From Macrostomum lignano (taxonomy: Eukaryota), in assembly GCA_002269645.1 (NCBI GenBank), contig NIVC01003774.1, forward strand, positions 1 through 57,527: DNA of 57,527 nucleotides, in the 5' to 3' direction. The notes under the pieces were generated by a model. The model worked only from the letters and a program-made list of their open reading frames with translations, was not told the origin of the DNA and made no database searches. Made by a program: the position numbers and the translations under genes. Positions 1-12,597 of this stretch are shown piece by piece. Every line of letters begins with the position of its first letter. Positions within the stretch are counted from its first letter, which is position 1.

Positions 1-197
1 GCCTTTAAAATTGCATACAGTGTTTGAAAAAATCAATTGTGGAGTTTTAGATGCTTGAATCAATTTTGCTTAAGCCAGTGGCGTTTGCCGTACATGCCGT
101 TCAATCTTTTTGTACATAAGGCCAAGCATAATTCTCAAATGGTAGATTTATCGCTTGGTTTCAAGTGCGTTAAGTCCTGTCACGAGTGCGCATAGCC
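1..197. repeat. Left arm of a long inverted repeat (runs off the window start)
   Basis: 1..197 reads as the reverse complement of 1934..2130 (gcctttaaaattgcatacag...cacgagtgcgcatagcc vs ggctatgcgcactcgtg...ctgtatgcaattttaaaggc). Confidence 0.95.
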
Positions 198-210
198 GAG
201 CATAGCTGAG

Positions 211-366
211 AACAACATTCGCACCATGGACTGGCCAGCACAGTCACCAGACCTCAATCCGATATAGAATATATGGAACTGGGTCGAGTGGGACATCCAG
301 AGGCAGCAGCCAGCTTCCCTTGATCAGCTGTACCGTATCCTTGAGGACTTGTGGTCTGGAGACTAA
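211..366 (+). pseudogene. Tc1/mariner transposase C-terminal fragment
   Basis: Translates NNIRTMDWPAQSPDLNPI*NIWNWVEWDIQRQQPASLDQLYRILEDLW, matching the Tc1 WPxQSPDLNPIENxW motif. The catalytic E is replaced by TAG at 265-267. Confidence 0.85.
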
Positions 367-639
367 ATAAATTAAAAAAATGGCACATCGTCGTGACTCG
401 AACGCCGGACTCGTTTGAGTCAAAATGTTATTGAACTACAATATATATGTATGCTAATGTAGCTGTACTGTACATACTGCATACCGTTTATGGCTAATAA
501 AAAGCACATCTCACACGCACATGTACTCAATTTATCATAATTAACTTCAGCATTTACATGTTTAGCAGCCATGCAAAACAACAAAAAGCTTCTGCAGCCT
601 GCCACTTCTACTCTTCGCTCCCGCCCTGCCGGCCATGCT

Positions 640-1900
640 CCACTATCTACCACCGCTGCAGCTCCTTGCAACAGCTCTGCTATCTTCCACCGCTCCTGCA
701 CATGCCCCGGAACCCAGTGAAGAGTAAATTCGTTGGTGGAACCCAACATGTCAAGGAATGTTTTAGAATTGACGCTGCAGCCACAGATGCCATGCCAAGT
801 CTACAAGGCCGGTTTCGGTTATGCTCTTACCGGTTACGCCAGTGGCGAGAAGCTCTGCAGTGCAGGAGCTGATGGCGAGAACTAATTCATTTTGGAAAAC
901 ACTGGAGTTGACCTCAGTGTACTGAGCGTTGGTTGCGAAACCCTCCCGTTCAGAAAGATCCCAACATCAAAGCCGGTGTTGATTGACTGCTTTGAACCGT
1001 CAGTGCAGGTAGCAGTGGAGCTCACCCAGGGTTCCAGCAGTGGTCATTGAGGATATATCGCGTGATACGATAGCTACGGGAGTGTAGCGTTATCTCAGAT
1101 TGGCAATTCCTTCGGTGGAGACGCGATTGGACTGGCACTCATTGAGAATGTTGGGCACAGGTCATTATCTGGAACAAGGTTCCGTTGGTGCTGTTATGTA
1201 GAGAAATTTGACGCCGGCATCTAAATGTAGCTAGTAGACCTTTCTTACATCTTGTCAGGTCCTTCAGGTCAGGTCATGGCTGTATGTGCGCAGAAGCAAG
1301 CTTCCAAAAGAGGCCCAAATAAAGAACGATCTTCTCGCTTTGTCCCTTCAATTCAGCTGGTCTTCTCGAGTTACTGAGCGCAAATATTCTTGTCAACTCC
1401 ACCAGTACAGCTTCTTCTTAGCCAGCTCCATCAATCTCCGGTAATCCAAAAGTCTATTTGAATTGTTTGCCTGTGATCTTCGTCAAAAAATCGCCGGAGA
1501 CAGCCAGTGCTCATCAACCAGCGCCGTCACTCCATGCCAGTCTAAAGCCTTAGTCGATCTGTAGTGGTTAGAGACATTTTCAGCTCTTGTCGTCCTTCTC
1601 GTCACCTCTTCTTCCTGGACCAACTCAAAATTTTAGTCCCCACTCTTCGTCTCTTTACATGTATATCTCTTATAGTCTTATGGTAAAACTCCAGCTTCCT
1701 GTGAGAACTCCATGCAGACAAGCTGTTTTCCCTTTCCTTAGCAGTATGGTAAGTTCCAATTCCTCTAAATGTCTATACGCTTGTCTAAATCAGAAAACAG
1801 CTTCGCAAATAAATTTCTTAATTGGTTATTCGTTTTTAAGATTCCTTAATTCGTGCGTAAAGATTACTGGATCAAGTGCGCTACTGGTCATGGAGCCTCA
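640..1900 (-). mobile_element. Degenerate non-LTR retrotransposon RT/RNase H remnant
   Basis: Minus-strand RNase H motifs in shifting frames: CTDGSK (990-1007), SVFQNEL (about 883-903), LHWVPGH (702-722). Upstream EEWGLKF* (about 1625-1650) resembles the RT WGLKFN motif. Many stops. Confidence 0.7.
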
Positions 1901-1933
1901 TCAATGGCTAATAAAACTCCACACAGGCGAGGA

Positions 1934-2130
1934 GGCTATGCGCACTCGTGACAGGACTTAACGCACTTGAAACCAAGCGATAAATCTACCATTTGAGAAT
2001 TATGCTTGGCCTTATGTACAAAAAGATTGAACGGCATGTACGGCAAACGCCACTGGCTTAAGCAAAATTGATTCAAGCATCTAAAACTCCACAATTGATT
2101 TTTTCAAACACTGTATGCAATTTTAAAGGC
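1934..2130. repeat. Right arm of the long inverted repeat
   Basis: Reverse complement of 1..197. Confidence 0.95.
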
Positions 2131-2160
2131 GAATATTTTTGGGATACGAGTAAATCTGCT

Positions 2161-3720
2161 ATCTGCCGCCGCTCCTGTAACAGCTCCGCTATCTGCCGCA
2201 GCTCCTGTAACAGCTCCGCTATCTGCCGCAGCTCCTGTAACAGCTCCGCTATCTGCCGCAGCTCCTGTAACAGCTCCGCTATCTGCCGCAGCTCCTGCAA
2301 CAGCTCCGCTATCTGCCGCAGCTCCTGCAACAGCTCCGCTATCTGCCGCAGCTCCTGCAACAGCTCCGCTATCTGCCGCAGCTCCTGCAACAGCTCCGCT
2401 ATCTGCCGCAGCTCCTGCAACAGCTCCGCTATCTGCCGCAGCTCCTGCAACAGCTCCGCTATCTGCCGCAGCTCCTGCAACAGCTCCGCTATCTGCCGCA
2501 GCTCCTGTAACAGCTCCGCTATCTGCCGCAGCTCCTGCAACAGCTCCGCTATCTGCCGCAGCTCCTGCAACAGCTCCGCTATCTGCCGCAGCTCCTGCAA
2601 CAGCTCCGCTATCTGCCGCAGCTCCTGCAACAGCTCCGCTATCTGCCGCAGCTCCTGCAACAGCTCCGCTATCTGCCGCAGCTCCTGTAACAGCTCCGCT
2701 ATCTGCCGCAGCTCCTGTAACAGCTCCGCTATCTGCCGCAGCTCCTGTAACAGCTCCGCTATCTGCCGCAGCTCCTGCAACAGCTCCGCTATCTGCCGCA
2801 GCTCCTGCAACAGCTCCGCTATCTGCCGCAGCTCCTGCAACAGCTCCGCTATCTGCCGCAGCTCCTGTAACAGCTCCGCTATCTGCCGCAGCTCCTGTAA
2901 CAGCTCCGCTATCTGCCGCAGCTCCTGTAACAGCTCCGCTATCTGCCGCAGCTCCTGTAACAGCTCCGCTATCTGCCGCAGCTCCTGTAACAGCTCCGCT
3001 ATCTGCCGCAGCTCCTGTAACAGCTCCGCTATCTGCCGCAGCTCCTGCAACAGCTCCGCTATCTGCCGCAGCTCCTGCAACAGCTCCGCTATCTGCCGCA
3101 GCTCCTGTAACAGCTCCGCTATCTGCCGCAGCTCCTGTAACAGCTCCGCTATCTGCCGCAGCTCCTGCAACAGCTCCGCTATCTGCCGCAGCTCCTGTAA
3201 CAGCTCCGCTATCTGCCGCAGCTCCTGTAACAGCTCCGCTATCTGCCGCAGCTCCTGTAACAGCTCCGCTATCTGCCGCAGCTCCTGCAACAGCTCCGCT
3301 ATCTGCCGCAGCTCCTGCAACAGCTCCGCTATCTGCCGCAGCTCCTGCAACAGCTCCGCTATCTGCCGCAGCTCCTGTAACAGCTCCGCTATCTGCCGCA
3401 GCTCCTGTAACAGCTCCGCTATCTGCCGCAGCTCCTGCAACAGCTCCGCTATCTGCCGCAGCTCCTGCAACAGCTCCGCTATCTGCCGCAGCTCCTGCAA
3501 CAGCTCCGCTATCTGCCGCAGCTCCTGCAACAGCTCCGCTATCTGCCGCAGCTCCTGCAACAGCTCCGCTATCTGCCGCAGCTCCTGCAACAGCTCCGCT
3601 ATCTGCCGCAGCTCCTGCAACAGCTCCGCTATCTGCCGCAGCTCCTGCAACAGCTCCGCTATCTGCCGCAGCTCCTGCAACAGCTCCGCTATCTGCCGCA
3701 GCTCCTGCAACAGCTCCGCT
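2161..3720. repeat. 30-bp tandem array, 52 copies (atctgccgcagctcctgYaacagctccgct)
   Basis: Exact 30-nt periodicity; essentially one variable C/T site. Confidence 0.98.
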
Positions 3721-4629
3721 ATCCACCGCCGCTCTTTGCAACAGCAGCGCCCCCTACCAGAATTATAGGATGAAAGGAGCGCATGAAAGGAAATTTACCA
3801 ATTCATGCGATCTGTTGCACGCTGTACACCAACAAAATAATGGTCAAACACAGCGTTCAGCTCAAAGAGTGAAATACAGTTATCAACAAATCATTCTCTT
3901 GGATTGGAACCAGTATTGCTTTTGACGATGTAAAGGAGACTTGCGCCAATCCAAATTTAAAAAAGTTGAAGTTGAAAAAGTGACAGATTGAAAATTGCTG
4001 TATTCCATTAAATCAAGGACTTTTGTGTAAGTGCCAGATCTACATTTTCTTGATTCTATCCGTGATCCGAAGATCAAATACTAAGTTTGCTGCTAGCTCA
4101 ATCTGCTCTCGTTTCCATATACTCGTAGTTCGCTTGAGGACTGAGGAGCATACTCGTATGGATCAGTGAGGAGTCTAGCTAGTCTCGTTTAGATCATCAA
4201 AAGCAATGCAGTATAGCAATACAATGTATTTCAAAGGATTATTATGCTAGTAGCATTCAACAAAAGATTGGTTTAGGCGCCTGCGTCACGCAATGTAAAA
4301 TTATTGGCGCAATGCTACGTCAGTGCATGCGGAAGTACTATATAGTTTTAATACAGCACAGCGGAAGTTCCTAAATAATGACATCGGAAATTGAATTTTT
4401 CGATAATATTACACACAATAAATAGCACTAACACCGATCAGTAAAAGTAAAGCACAAGAAAAATGCACGGAATTAAAAATAAATTTGTTTTCCTGGTTGG
4501 TTCGGAATTAAATCAGTGAAACAGTAAGAAGTATAAGATTTTTTAATCGCGAGTACGAGATATGCACCATCACAGTTTGCAGCTGGGCAAATTATTCTGA
4601 AGAGAAAACAACAAGGCAAGGTTGAGTTA

Positions 4630-5225
4630 AGAGTAACAGTTCACAATGGGAGGCAGTGTCAGATCAGTTCTTTCAGTGCTAACTCTCTGAAAGCGACAAC
4701 AGCGTGCGCCTGGCCGATCACCCAGCGTCATCCAGCAGGCAATCCGCGTAGCGACCCGCCCGGCCGTAATCCCGGCGCCAGGGGCCCTGCATCGTGAGCA
4801 GCAGGACGTCCTGCACTGGTTCAATGGTTGAGAACAGTAGGCCTCCACGCGGATGGTGTGGCCCACCAGCTGAAGTCTTCGCCTGCGGAAGGTCTCGCTG
4901 GGTAGTCGCAGCGAGGGTGCAACGAGGTAGAGCTGCTGCACAACCGTCGGGCGTCCCAGCAGGTGATTTTGATAGGCAGCTCCGCGGGTACAGTCATCAC
5001 CTCGTCTTCTCGGTGTTGATGCCCGACCGATGCCGCAGCTGCCACCAGGCTGTCTAGCATGCGCTGGGGCTCCCTCAGCCGTAGAGGCGGGCAGCGCCAG
5101 GTCGTCGGCGTAACCCAGGAGTGACAGCCGCTTCTCCGATTGGCGGCTGTTTGTTCGGTAGGAAGTAGAAAGCCGTACTCATCCTGTTGGCAGGGCCCTC
5201 CGTAGCATTGTCTCCATTGCTTGGT
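4630..5225 (-). mobile_element. 5'-truncated LINE RT fragment (RTE/L2-like)
   Basis: Minus strand gives RLSLLGYADDLAL (YADD at 5101-5112), MLDSLVAAAASVG and a C-terminal RRRRLQLVGHTIR motif, with frameshifts. Confidence 0.85.
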
Positions 5226-5439
5226 TTGCTATTGTTAGGTTTTGCCTTGGCCTTATCTTTTTCTCCCCATCGAGGAGATTCAGAAGAGAGGAAGGAGAAA
5301 TATTCGTTTTTACTTCTAAAACGGATAATTAAATTTAATTAACAAAGCTACGAAAAAAGGGTGAGGCTGAAAAGGAGAATAGGGTGGGGACTGCAGGGGC
5401 GAAGGGTGGGCCAGTAGGGGCGAAGATGTTCATGCTGGG

Positions 5440-7100
5440 GGAGGAGAGGGTGAGGCTGGAGGGGAGGAGAGGCTGAGCACTTGAGGGGAGGAGAGGCTGA
5501 GCACTCGAGGGGAGGAGAGGCTGAGCACTTGAGGGGAGGAGAGGCTGAGCACTCGAGGGAGGAGAGGTTGGGGTTGGGGAAAGAAGGCGGTGGTGCTGGA
5601 AGGAAGGATGGGGCTAAAGGGTAAGAGGGTGGGGCTAGAGGGTAGAAGAGGATGGAAGCTGGAGGGGAGCGTGGGGCAGTAGGGGAAGAGGGCGGGGCTT
5701 GAGGGAAGGAGAGTCGGGCTGGAGGGAAGGAGGGTGGTGCTGCAGAGAAGGAGGGTAGGGCTGGAGGGAAGGAGGGTGGGGCTGGAGGGAAGGAGAGTGG
5801 GGCTGGAGGGAAGGAGAGTGGGGCTAGAGGAAAGGAGAGCAGGGCTGGAGGGAAGGAGGGTGTGGCTGGAGGGAAGGAGGGTAGGGCTAGAGGGAGGGAG
5901 GGTGGGGCTGGAGCTAAGGCGAGTGGGGCTGGAGGGAAAGGGGGTAGGGTTAGAGGGAAGGATGGGGTGGAAGGGTAAGAGGGTGGGGCTAGAGGGTGGA
6001 AGAGGATGGAAGCTGGAGGGGAGCGTGGGGCAGTAAAGGAAGAGGGCGGGGCTTGAGGGAAGGAGAGTGGGGCTGGAGGGAAGGAGTGTCGGGCTGGAGG
6101 GAAGGAGGGTGGGGCTGGAGGGAAGGAGAGTGGGGCTGGAGGGAAGGAGGGTAGGGCTAGAGGGAAGGAGGGTGGGCTAGAGGGAAGGCGAGTGGGGCTG
6201 GAGGGAAGGAGGGTAGGGCTAGAAGGAGGGAGGGTGGGTCCTGGAGGGAGGAGAGGGTGGAAGCTGGAAGGGAGGGTGGAAAGTCGAGGAGGAGGGCAGG
6301 GCTAGAGGGAAGGAGGGTGGGGATGGAGGGAAGGAGAGTGGGGCTGGAGGGAAGGAGGGTAGGGCTGGAGGGAAGGAGGGTAGGGCTGGAGGGAAAGGGG
6401 GTAGGGTTAGAGGGAAGGATGGGGCTGAAGGGTAAGAGGGTGGGCTAGAGGGTAGAAGAGGATGGAAGCTGGAGGGGAGCGTGGGGCAGTAGGGGAAGAG
6501 GGCAGGGCTTGAGGGAAGGAGAGTCGGGCTGGAGGGAAGGAGGGTGGGGCTGGAGGGAAGGAGAGTGGGGCTGGAGGGAAGGAGAGTGGGGCTGGAGGAA
6601 AGGAGGGTAGGGCTAGAGGGAAGGAGGGTAGGGCTAGAGGGAAGGAGGGTGGGCTAGAGGGAAGGAGGGTGGGCTAGAGAGAAGGAGGGTGGGCTAGAGG
6701 GTAGGAGGGTGGTGCTGCAGAGAAGGAGGGTAGGGCTGGAGGGAAAGGGGTAGGGTTAGAGGGAAGGATAGGGCTGAAGGGTTGGGCTAGAGGATAGAAG
6801 ATGGAAGCTGGAGGGGAATGCGGGGTAGTAGGGGAAAAAGGTAGGGCTAGAAGGAAAGCAGGGTAGCAGGGAGGGAGGATAGGGCTGGAGGGAAGGAGGG
6901 TAGTGTTGCAGGGAGGGAGGGTAGGGCTGGAGAGAAGGAGGGTGGTGGTGCAGGGAAGGAGGGTAGGGCTTGAAAGGGAGGAGGGTGAGGCTAGAAAGAA
7001 GGATAAGACTGGAAGGTAGGATGAGACTAGAGTGGAGGAGGATAGGGCTGGAAAGAAAAAAAGATGGGGCTAGAGGTTCAAAGAGGTTTAGGTGGGGCTG
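5440..7100. repeat. G/A-rich about 21-bp minisatellite (ggagggaaggagggtggggct) decaying into purine-rich DNA
   Basis: Visible periodicity; a longer block (gggtaagagggtggggctagagggtagaagaggatggaagctgg...) recurs near 5620, 5970 and 6430. Confidence 0.9.
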
Positions 7101-9477
7101 GAGGAAGAGGTGAGGCTAGGAGGGTTAGGCTGGAGAGGAGAAGAGAGTAAGGGCTAGAAATGAGGAAAGTAAGAACTAGAAAAGAGAAGGTAGGTAGTGA
7201 AGAGGAGAGAATAAGGATTCAAGGGGAAGACATGATGGGGCTAAAATAAAGAAAGGAGTAATATTGGAAGGAAGAGGAGGTAAATTTTTCAAAAAGAAAA
7301 TAGGTCTAGAAAGAAGAACAGGATATAGATAGAGGTTAGAGAGGAAGAAAAGGTCATGACTACTAGATAGATATCATGACTTACTTTATAATGGTAGTAA
7401 ATAACTAGTTGCCAGTCTATGGTTTATGGCTTTAAGTTTATAATCTAATTTCTAAAATATTTTTTAATTTTGTGGAGAAATCTTATTTATCAAAATATTT
7501 AAAAAATGTGCATAATATTTCAATATAGAATGTGCTCTATATTATCTTGTTTTATATTTCCATTTTTGATGCTTATAAAACAGATTTATAATATTTGTTA
7601 GAAAAAATTAATATAAATATTATAATACTTCCATTCCTATAGCCTTAGTAAATTGTATAAAATATAAGCTAATTAAATTAAATCAAAGAAGGACCAAATT
7701 AACTTTACATCCAAGAAAGAAAAAAGATGCTTATTAATACTATTATTAAGTCAAAAGAACATTTTAATAATATAACATAAAGGTAAAGGCTAGGCCTTAT
7801 AACACAAAAGAAAAGAAAATATTTTAGATTTAGGGCTACTAGTCAATAGAAGAAAATAATCAGTGAAACAGTAGGCTTTGTATTACTAAATGCAAAATTA
7901 CTAGGCCTAGCTGCCTAGGTAGTTTTAAATTTAATCTATTGCCATTGACATTGGTAGAACAGTAGGTCCTAAATAAATCTGTAACAAAATGGCAATAGTA
8001 GTAAAATTTAATATTTAGGTCGAACAGCATAGCATAGGCCTAGCCGATTAGACCAAGAATAAGATAGCTAGGTAAGATGCGCAACTTCCTAGACTAGAAC
8101 TAGCTACATTGGTCACTAGCCCTTTAAATTTTTGCTAATCCTGACGCAGGCTAATTATTTTAATAGCTAGCTAGAATGGAATTTGAATTATACAGTTTAC
8201 CAACATCACCCGTGACAACTTCTACACGCGAGTACACGGAAGCCTTAAAATGCATAAAAATATGGGTACAAATACCTATCGACGGGTATTATCTGCCTTT
8301 AAGGAAAATGCTCTCAAGGAAAAGGCTAAAAAAAAAGGTTAAGGCTCTTGTGAAGAGGTATTTTTGAGCCTTACGTTGTGTCACGGGTGATACATCTTAC
8401 TAATACATTTTCGTACACAAAACATGTATTGACCGCTTCTGAAGCCGAAAAAAACGTGTCCTATTCTGCTACGTGTTTGTGACACGGCTGTCCAGTTCTG
8501 CTACTGCTCCACACCGCTTGAATTTTATGCTCGTGTTATTGATGTAAAGAATTACAATTTGGTTAAAGCGAAACATTAATTTAGGCCTATCCGCTAGATG
8601 TACGAAAAACATATTTTTGCTCAACTTAAATCGTTTGACATTGTTTTGTTTTTATTATAAATGCATCGTCGTAAGTTTTTAAATCACATTTGGTCATCGA
8701 ATAATGATTTTTCAGAGCACTTGATTGTTGATTCCCTATTTATTTCAATCTATCGACATGGTTTTCTTGACGAAACAGGAAAGTATTAAAATGTATAGGC
8801 GGTACCAGATAGTACAGAAATTCCAAATAGGGTATCATGAAAATTAATAGTAAAATATGTATCCACTCATGGGGCAAAATTGTCATGTTAATATAATCCT
8901 AATGTACCTACACAATAGGCCTACACTCAGTTTACAAAATATTTTGATTAGACAAAAATACTGTTTCTTCATCGATTAAACTTAATATAATGCTAAGCAA
9001 ATAGTGAATCTAATCTGAGAATATTTTTCATTTATTTTTTGCTGCAACAGGGAATAATGTCTAAATGAATTCAGCCAATGAACCATTTAAAAAATCTATT
9101 CTTATTCTTACGTAATACTAATAGTAATTAGTATTTTAATAGTCTAATATAGAATATTATAATATTCTAGGCTTAATATTTATAGTAATACTTGGGCAGC
9201 CAAGTTGGGCTTGGGCTAGGCCTACTATAGTCTTTAAATTTTGGATGTCAATATTTAATAATGTCATCTTTATAATTATAGGCCTATCATTTGTTGAATA
9301 TCATTACATTATATCAACAATATAGGCCTAGTTTACATTTATTATGCTAATTTTTAAATTAAAATGATTAAAATTAAAAAGGCTTCTTCAATTTTTGTTT
9401 TTAATTTATTTTAACCTAATAGGCCCTATAATATCTAGATATGCTGTCAACATTATATATCTTATAAGGTAAAAATC

Positions 9478-10119
9478 TAGTGTTCCGCCATAAGGAGGGT
9501 CCATGTACTGTAGCCGTAGCCATAAGCAAAACTATGGCTTATTCCAATTCTCCATATTCTATAGCCGTAGAGACCCCGAAATTACCATATTCCCATAGTT
9601 CCTATAGCCATAGCCATAGTTTTAAAAAAAGTCTAAAAAATAAAATATCTTGAATCAAGACGATAACCTAGTGCTTAAATAACTGCAAATTAACTTAGAA
9701 AATAAAAGAAACACTCAATTGCCTTCGTAAGATTATATTTCGTCTTTTTTCAGAGCAACAATACTTAACATTACTGAAAGTACTAACGCTAAACTTTTTC
9801 ACATTAATAAAAATTAGAGCTTGCTAGTGTTTTATTGTACTTTTTTAGGTATATTTTATAAGTTTCTAGGTTGATAATACAGTTTACTAAAAGTATCTTT
9901 GTTTTACTCTACCTGTTTCTAATATTTTTTTAAATTTTTAAAATTAATAACTATGGCTATGGGAATCTACGGAATGTGATAGCAACTACCATATTTCCGT
10001 AGTTGTAGCTGTAAGAGCAGCTAGCTACCGTAGGCATATCCGTAGCTGCCATAGGCACCTATTTTACCGTATTTGCTGTAGGGTCCCGTAGCCATAGCTA
10101 CGGCTATGGTGGAACACTA
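9478..10119. mobile_element. Non-autonomous hAT-like MITE, 642 bp
   Basis: TIRs tagtgttccgccata / tatggtggaacacta (1 mismatch); 8-bp TSD taaaaatc at 9470-9477 and 10120-10127; subterminal tagcc/ggcta repeats. Confidence 0.88.
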
Positions 10120-12597
10120 TAAAAATCAAACTTTTATAGTTTGCCTATAAAAATACATATATACCAATACAAAAGTGGTTTCTTTAACTAAAGACAAGTA
10201 AGCAAGTGAGGTGAAGTTAGAGAAATATATTTGTAATTTATAAGTCAGTAGGTTTGCTGACACCAATGAGGTGAGGTGGTTTTAATTTTGAATTTCTGCC
10301 TATTTTGTATTCGCATAAATAATTCTTGAAAAATTGCACTGACAAATCACAACAAAATTTTCTCTTGTTTTACTCCAACTGCCAAGGTCTCAAATCCAGG
10401 GGAAAGTAGTCATAATTATAGTCAAGCAGTCATTTAGCAGTACAGTCATTCAAATGGTAGACACCAAAGTTTCTAACACTGTAAATTGATGTGTTTATTT
10501 GTTGAGCTGATTACTAACAGTAGAGTAGGCTGCCACCATTGTACTTTACATATTTTGGAATGAGTTAGTCTTAGAGCTTTTTGAGATAAGAAATTTTGTT
10601 TTTTATGTCCCATGGACAAATAACTCAAGATGGCTATGACTTAGATTAGGCCTAACTGATTAATGAAGAATAAATATTGTTAATGACTTAGTTATTAGTT
10701 GGCAATTAATGCGGGATAAATATAGCAGGAAAGTATTAGTAAGTTTAATAAATATTATGATCAAGAGTTGATTCGGGATGCTAAGGTGCAAAAACAGCAA
10801 AAGGAAACTAATTCACCAACTAAAGGCTAACTGCAAGTACTAAAGGATAATCTAGTGCTACCACTACCATAATTTATATATTACATAATGTTAGTCTCTT
10901 AGAGCTTGTTTAGAGTTGAGAACAATTGGTTATTTTATACTCCACAGGCAAAAGACTTGAAAAAAACAATTGACTTATTGATCAATGAATAAATGTGCTT
11001 AATTGTAGCTTTATTAGAGTATTTTTGGGGTGATAGTTAAAATTTATAATTAATGAACAGGTTTTCAGCAAGTTACAATAATATCATCTGGCAGAGCCAG
11101 GGTGCCAATAGGCTAATTAAAATGGAGTTCAGACCCAAACCTTAAGGGTTTCTAGTTGGAGTCAGCAAAGTTAAAAGAGTTAGCATAGCAAAATAAAGAA
11201 GATATGAGAAAAAAGAAAGCAAAGTTAAAACTAAACTAAACAAAAAAGGAAATAATAGAACAACAGAACAGAATCAAATATAAATATAAATTAGGAGCCT
11301 AGGGAGTAGACTAGAGATGCCAATTCTGGTTAACCAGTTAACTGAAAAAGGTTTTGGTCTAGTTTTTTCACTTTTTTTTATATTTTTGAATCATTATATT
11401 GCATAGTCATAATTAATTCAAACTACTTCTATGCAAGATTTGTATCTATTCAACCTTAATTTACAAATTATGAATCACATATCATGATTTGTAGATGAAA
11501 TATATATTATGAAAAAGAATAGGGCCTAATCTAATAATCATTTTGATCAAATAAACAAAGCAATATGCAATATATCTATTTTAATATCAAATTATCAACT
11601 ATTACCTATTGTCATTAACAAATATAAATATAACTGTGAACTATTAAGTCTGTGTTGTGCACACTATATGTTATTGAAAACTTGAAAGTATTCATAAATT
11701 TTCTAATTTTTTTCAGTAAATTATACATTATAATATTAGCTTTTAAACAGTTAATTTCTATTGATAATGAGATAATGAGATCAGTTGAGAAAGCATCCCC
11801 TGGCTAGACAGCTGGGAGTTTGAGTGCAAATGTACCACAACTACACAGTGCAGGCCTGGTCACTACAATATTGATCTTTTGAGACAAATAGAAACAGAAA
11901 CTATATATATATATGATTTTATATATAAATATCAATCCTGTGGAAATGCACCTAGTAATATATAATTTATAATAGTTATCACTATAATTTATTATGTTTG
12001 TTAAACAATTTAGAAATTAGCATATAAAATAAGCTTTATTAGAAATTGATATGCATATATCTTGCCTAAAATATATTCTAGCATATATATTTATATATGC
12101 CACCTTGATAATAGGCTATTCTTTCCTAGGCTATTATGCCAGTTATAGCACAAAAATGTATTTGCAATGTTATACAGTTGTTAAGATGCATGTACTAACT
12201 AGATGCACTATTAATAAATTTCCTGCCCTTATATTTATAATGTTATATGGCATCTTTTAATACTTATTAGAATACAATAAATAATCTCGTTCTTTTATTG
12301 TTCTAATTCATACTTATACTTCATTTTTGTATAATGTTTTAGGCTGAAGTGGCCAAATGTTAGGTAGTCACTAGTGACAAATATAAGGAATTTTAGGCAC
12401 TAGGATTTTAAGGAACCAAAATGGCATCTTCTAGTGAAAACTTTCAAAACAGTTAAGTTATAAATTATTAAGAACATCAATTAACAATTTCAAGATGAAG
12501 CACTTAGGATTTGTCTTTGTCGAATATGAATTGATTATTATTTCACTCAGATAGTCTAATCCCCTTGCATTTATTCTGGCAGACAAGAAGCCAGGAC

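Noticed and set aside
381-420. tRNA-like 3' end on the minus strand (gttcgagtc...gcca followed by a T-run)
   Set aside because: No 5' half or cloverleaf; at most a SINE/tRNA relic.
2068-3768. 545-566 aa ORFs, e.g. (SSAICRSSCN)n and coiled-coil-like (QELRQIAELL)n; the single variable base is synonymous in two of the three frames
   Set aside because: They are stop-free readings of a 30-bp array with no splice or start context. One variable site is too little to infer selection.
4329-4530. Two ETS-like gcggaagt motifs and a possible donor (about 4523) as a VPS35 promoter/first exon
   Set aside because: Short motifs 8 kb from the ATG with no transcript evidence.
8176-8367. 63-aa ATG ORF in AT-rich DNA
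   Set aside because: No codon bias or recognisable motif.
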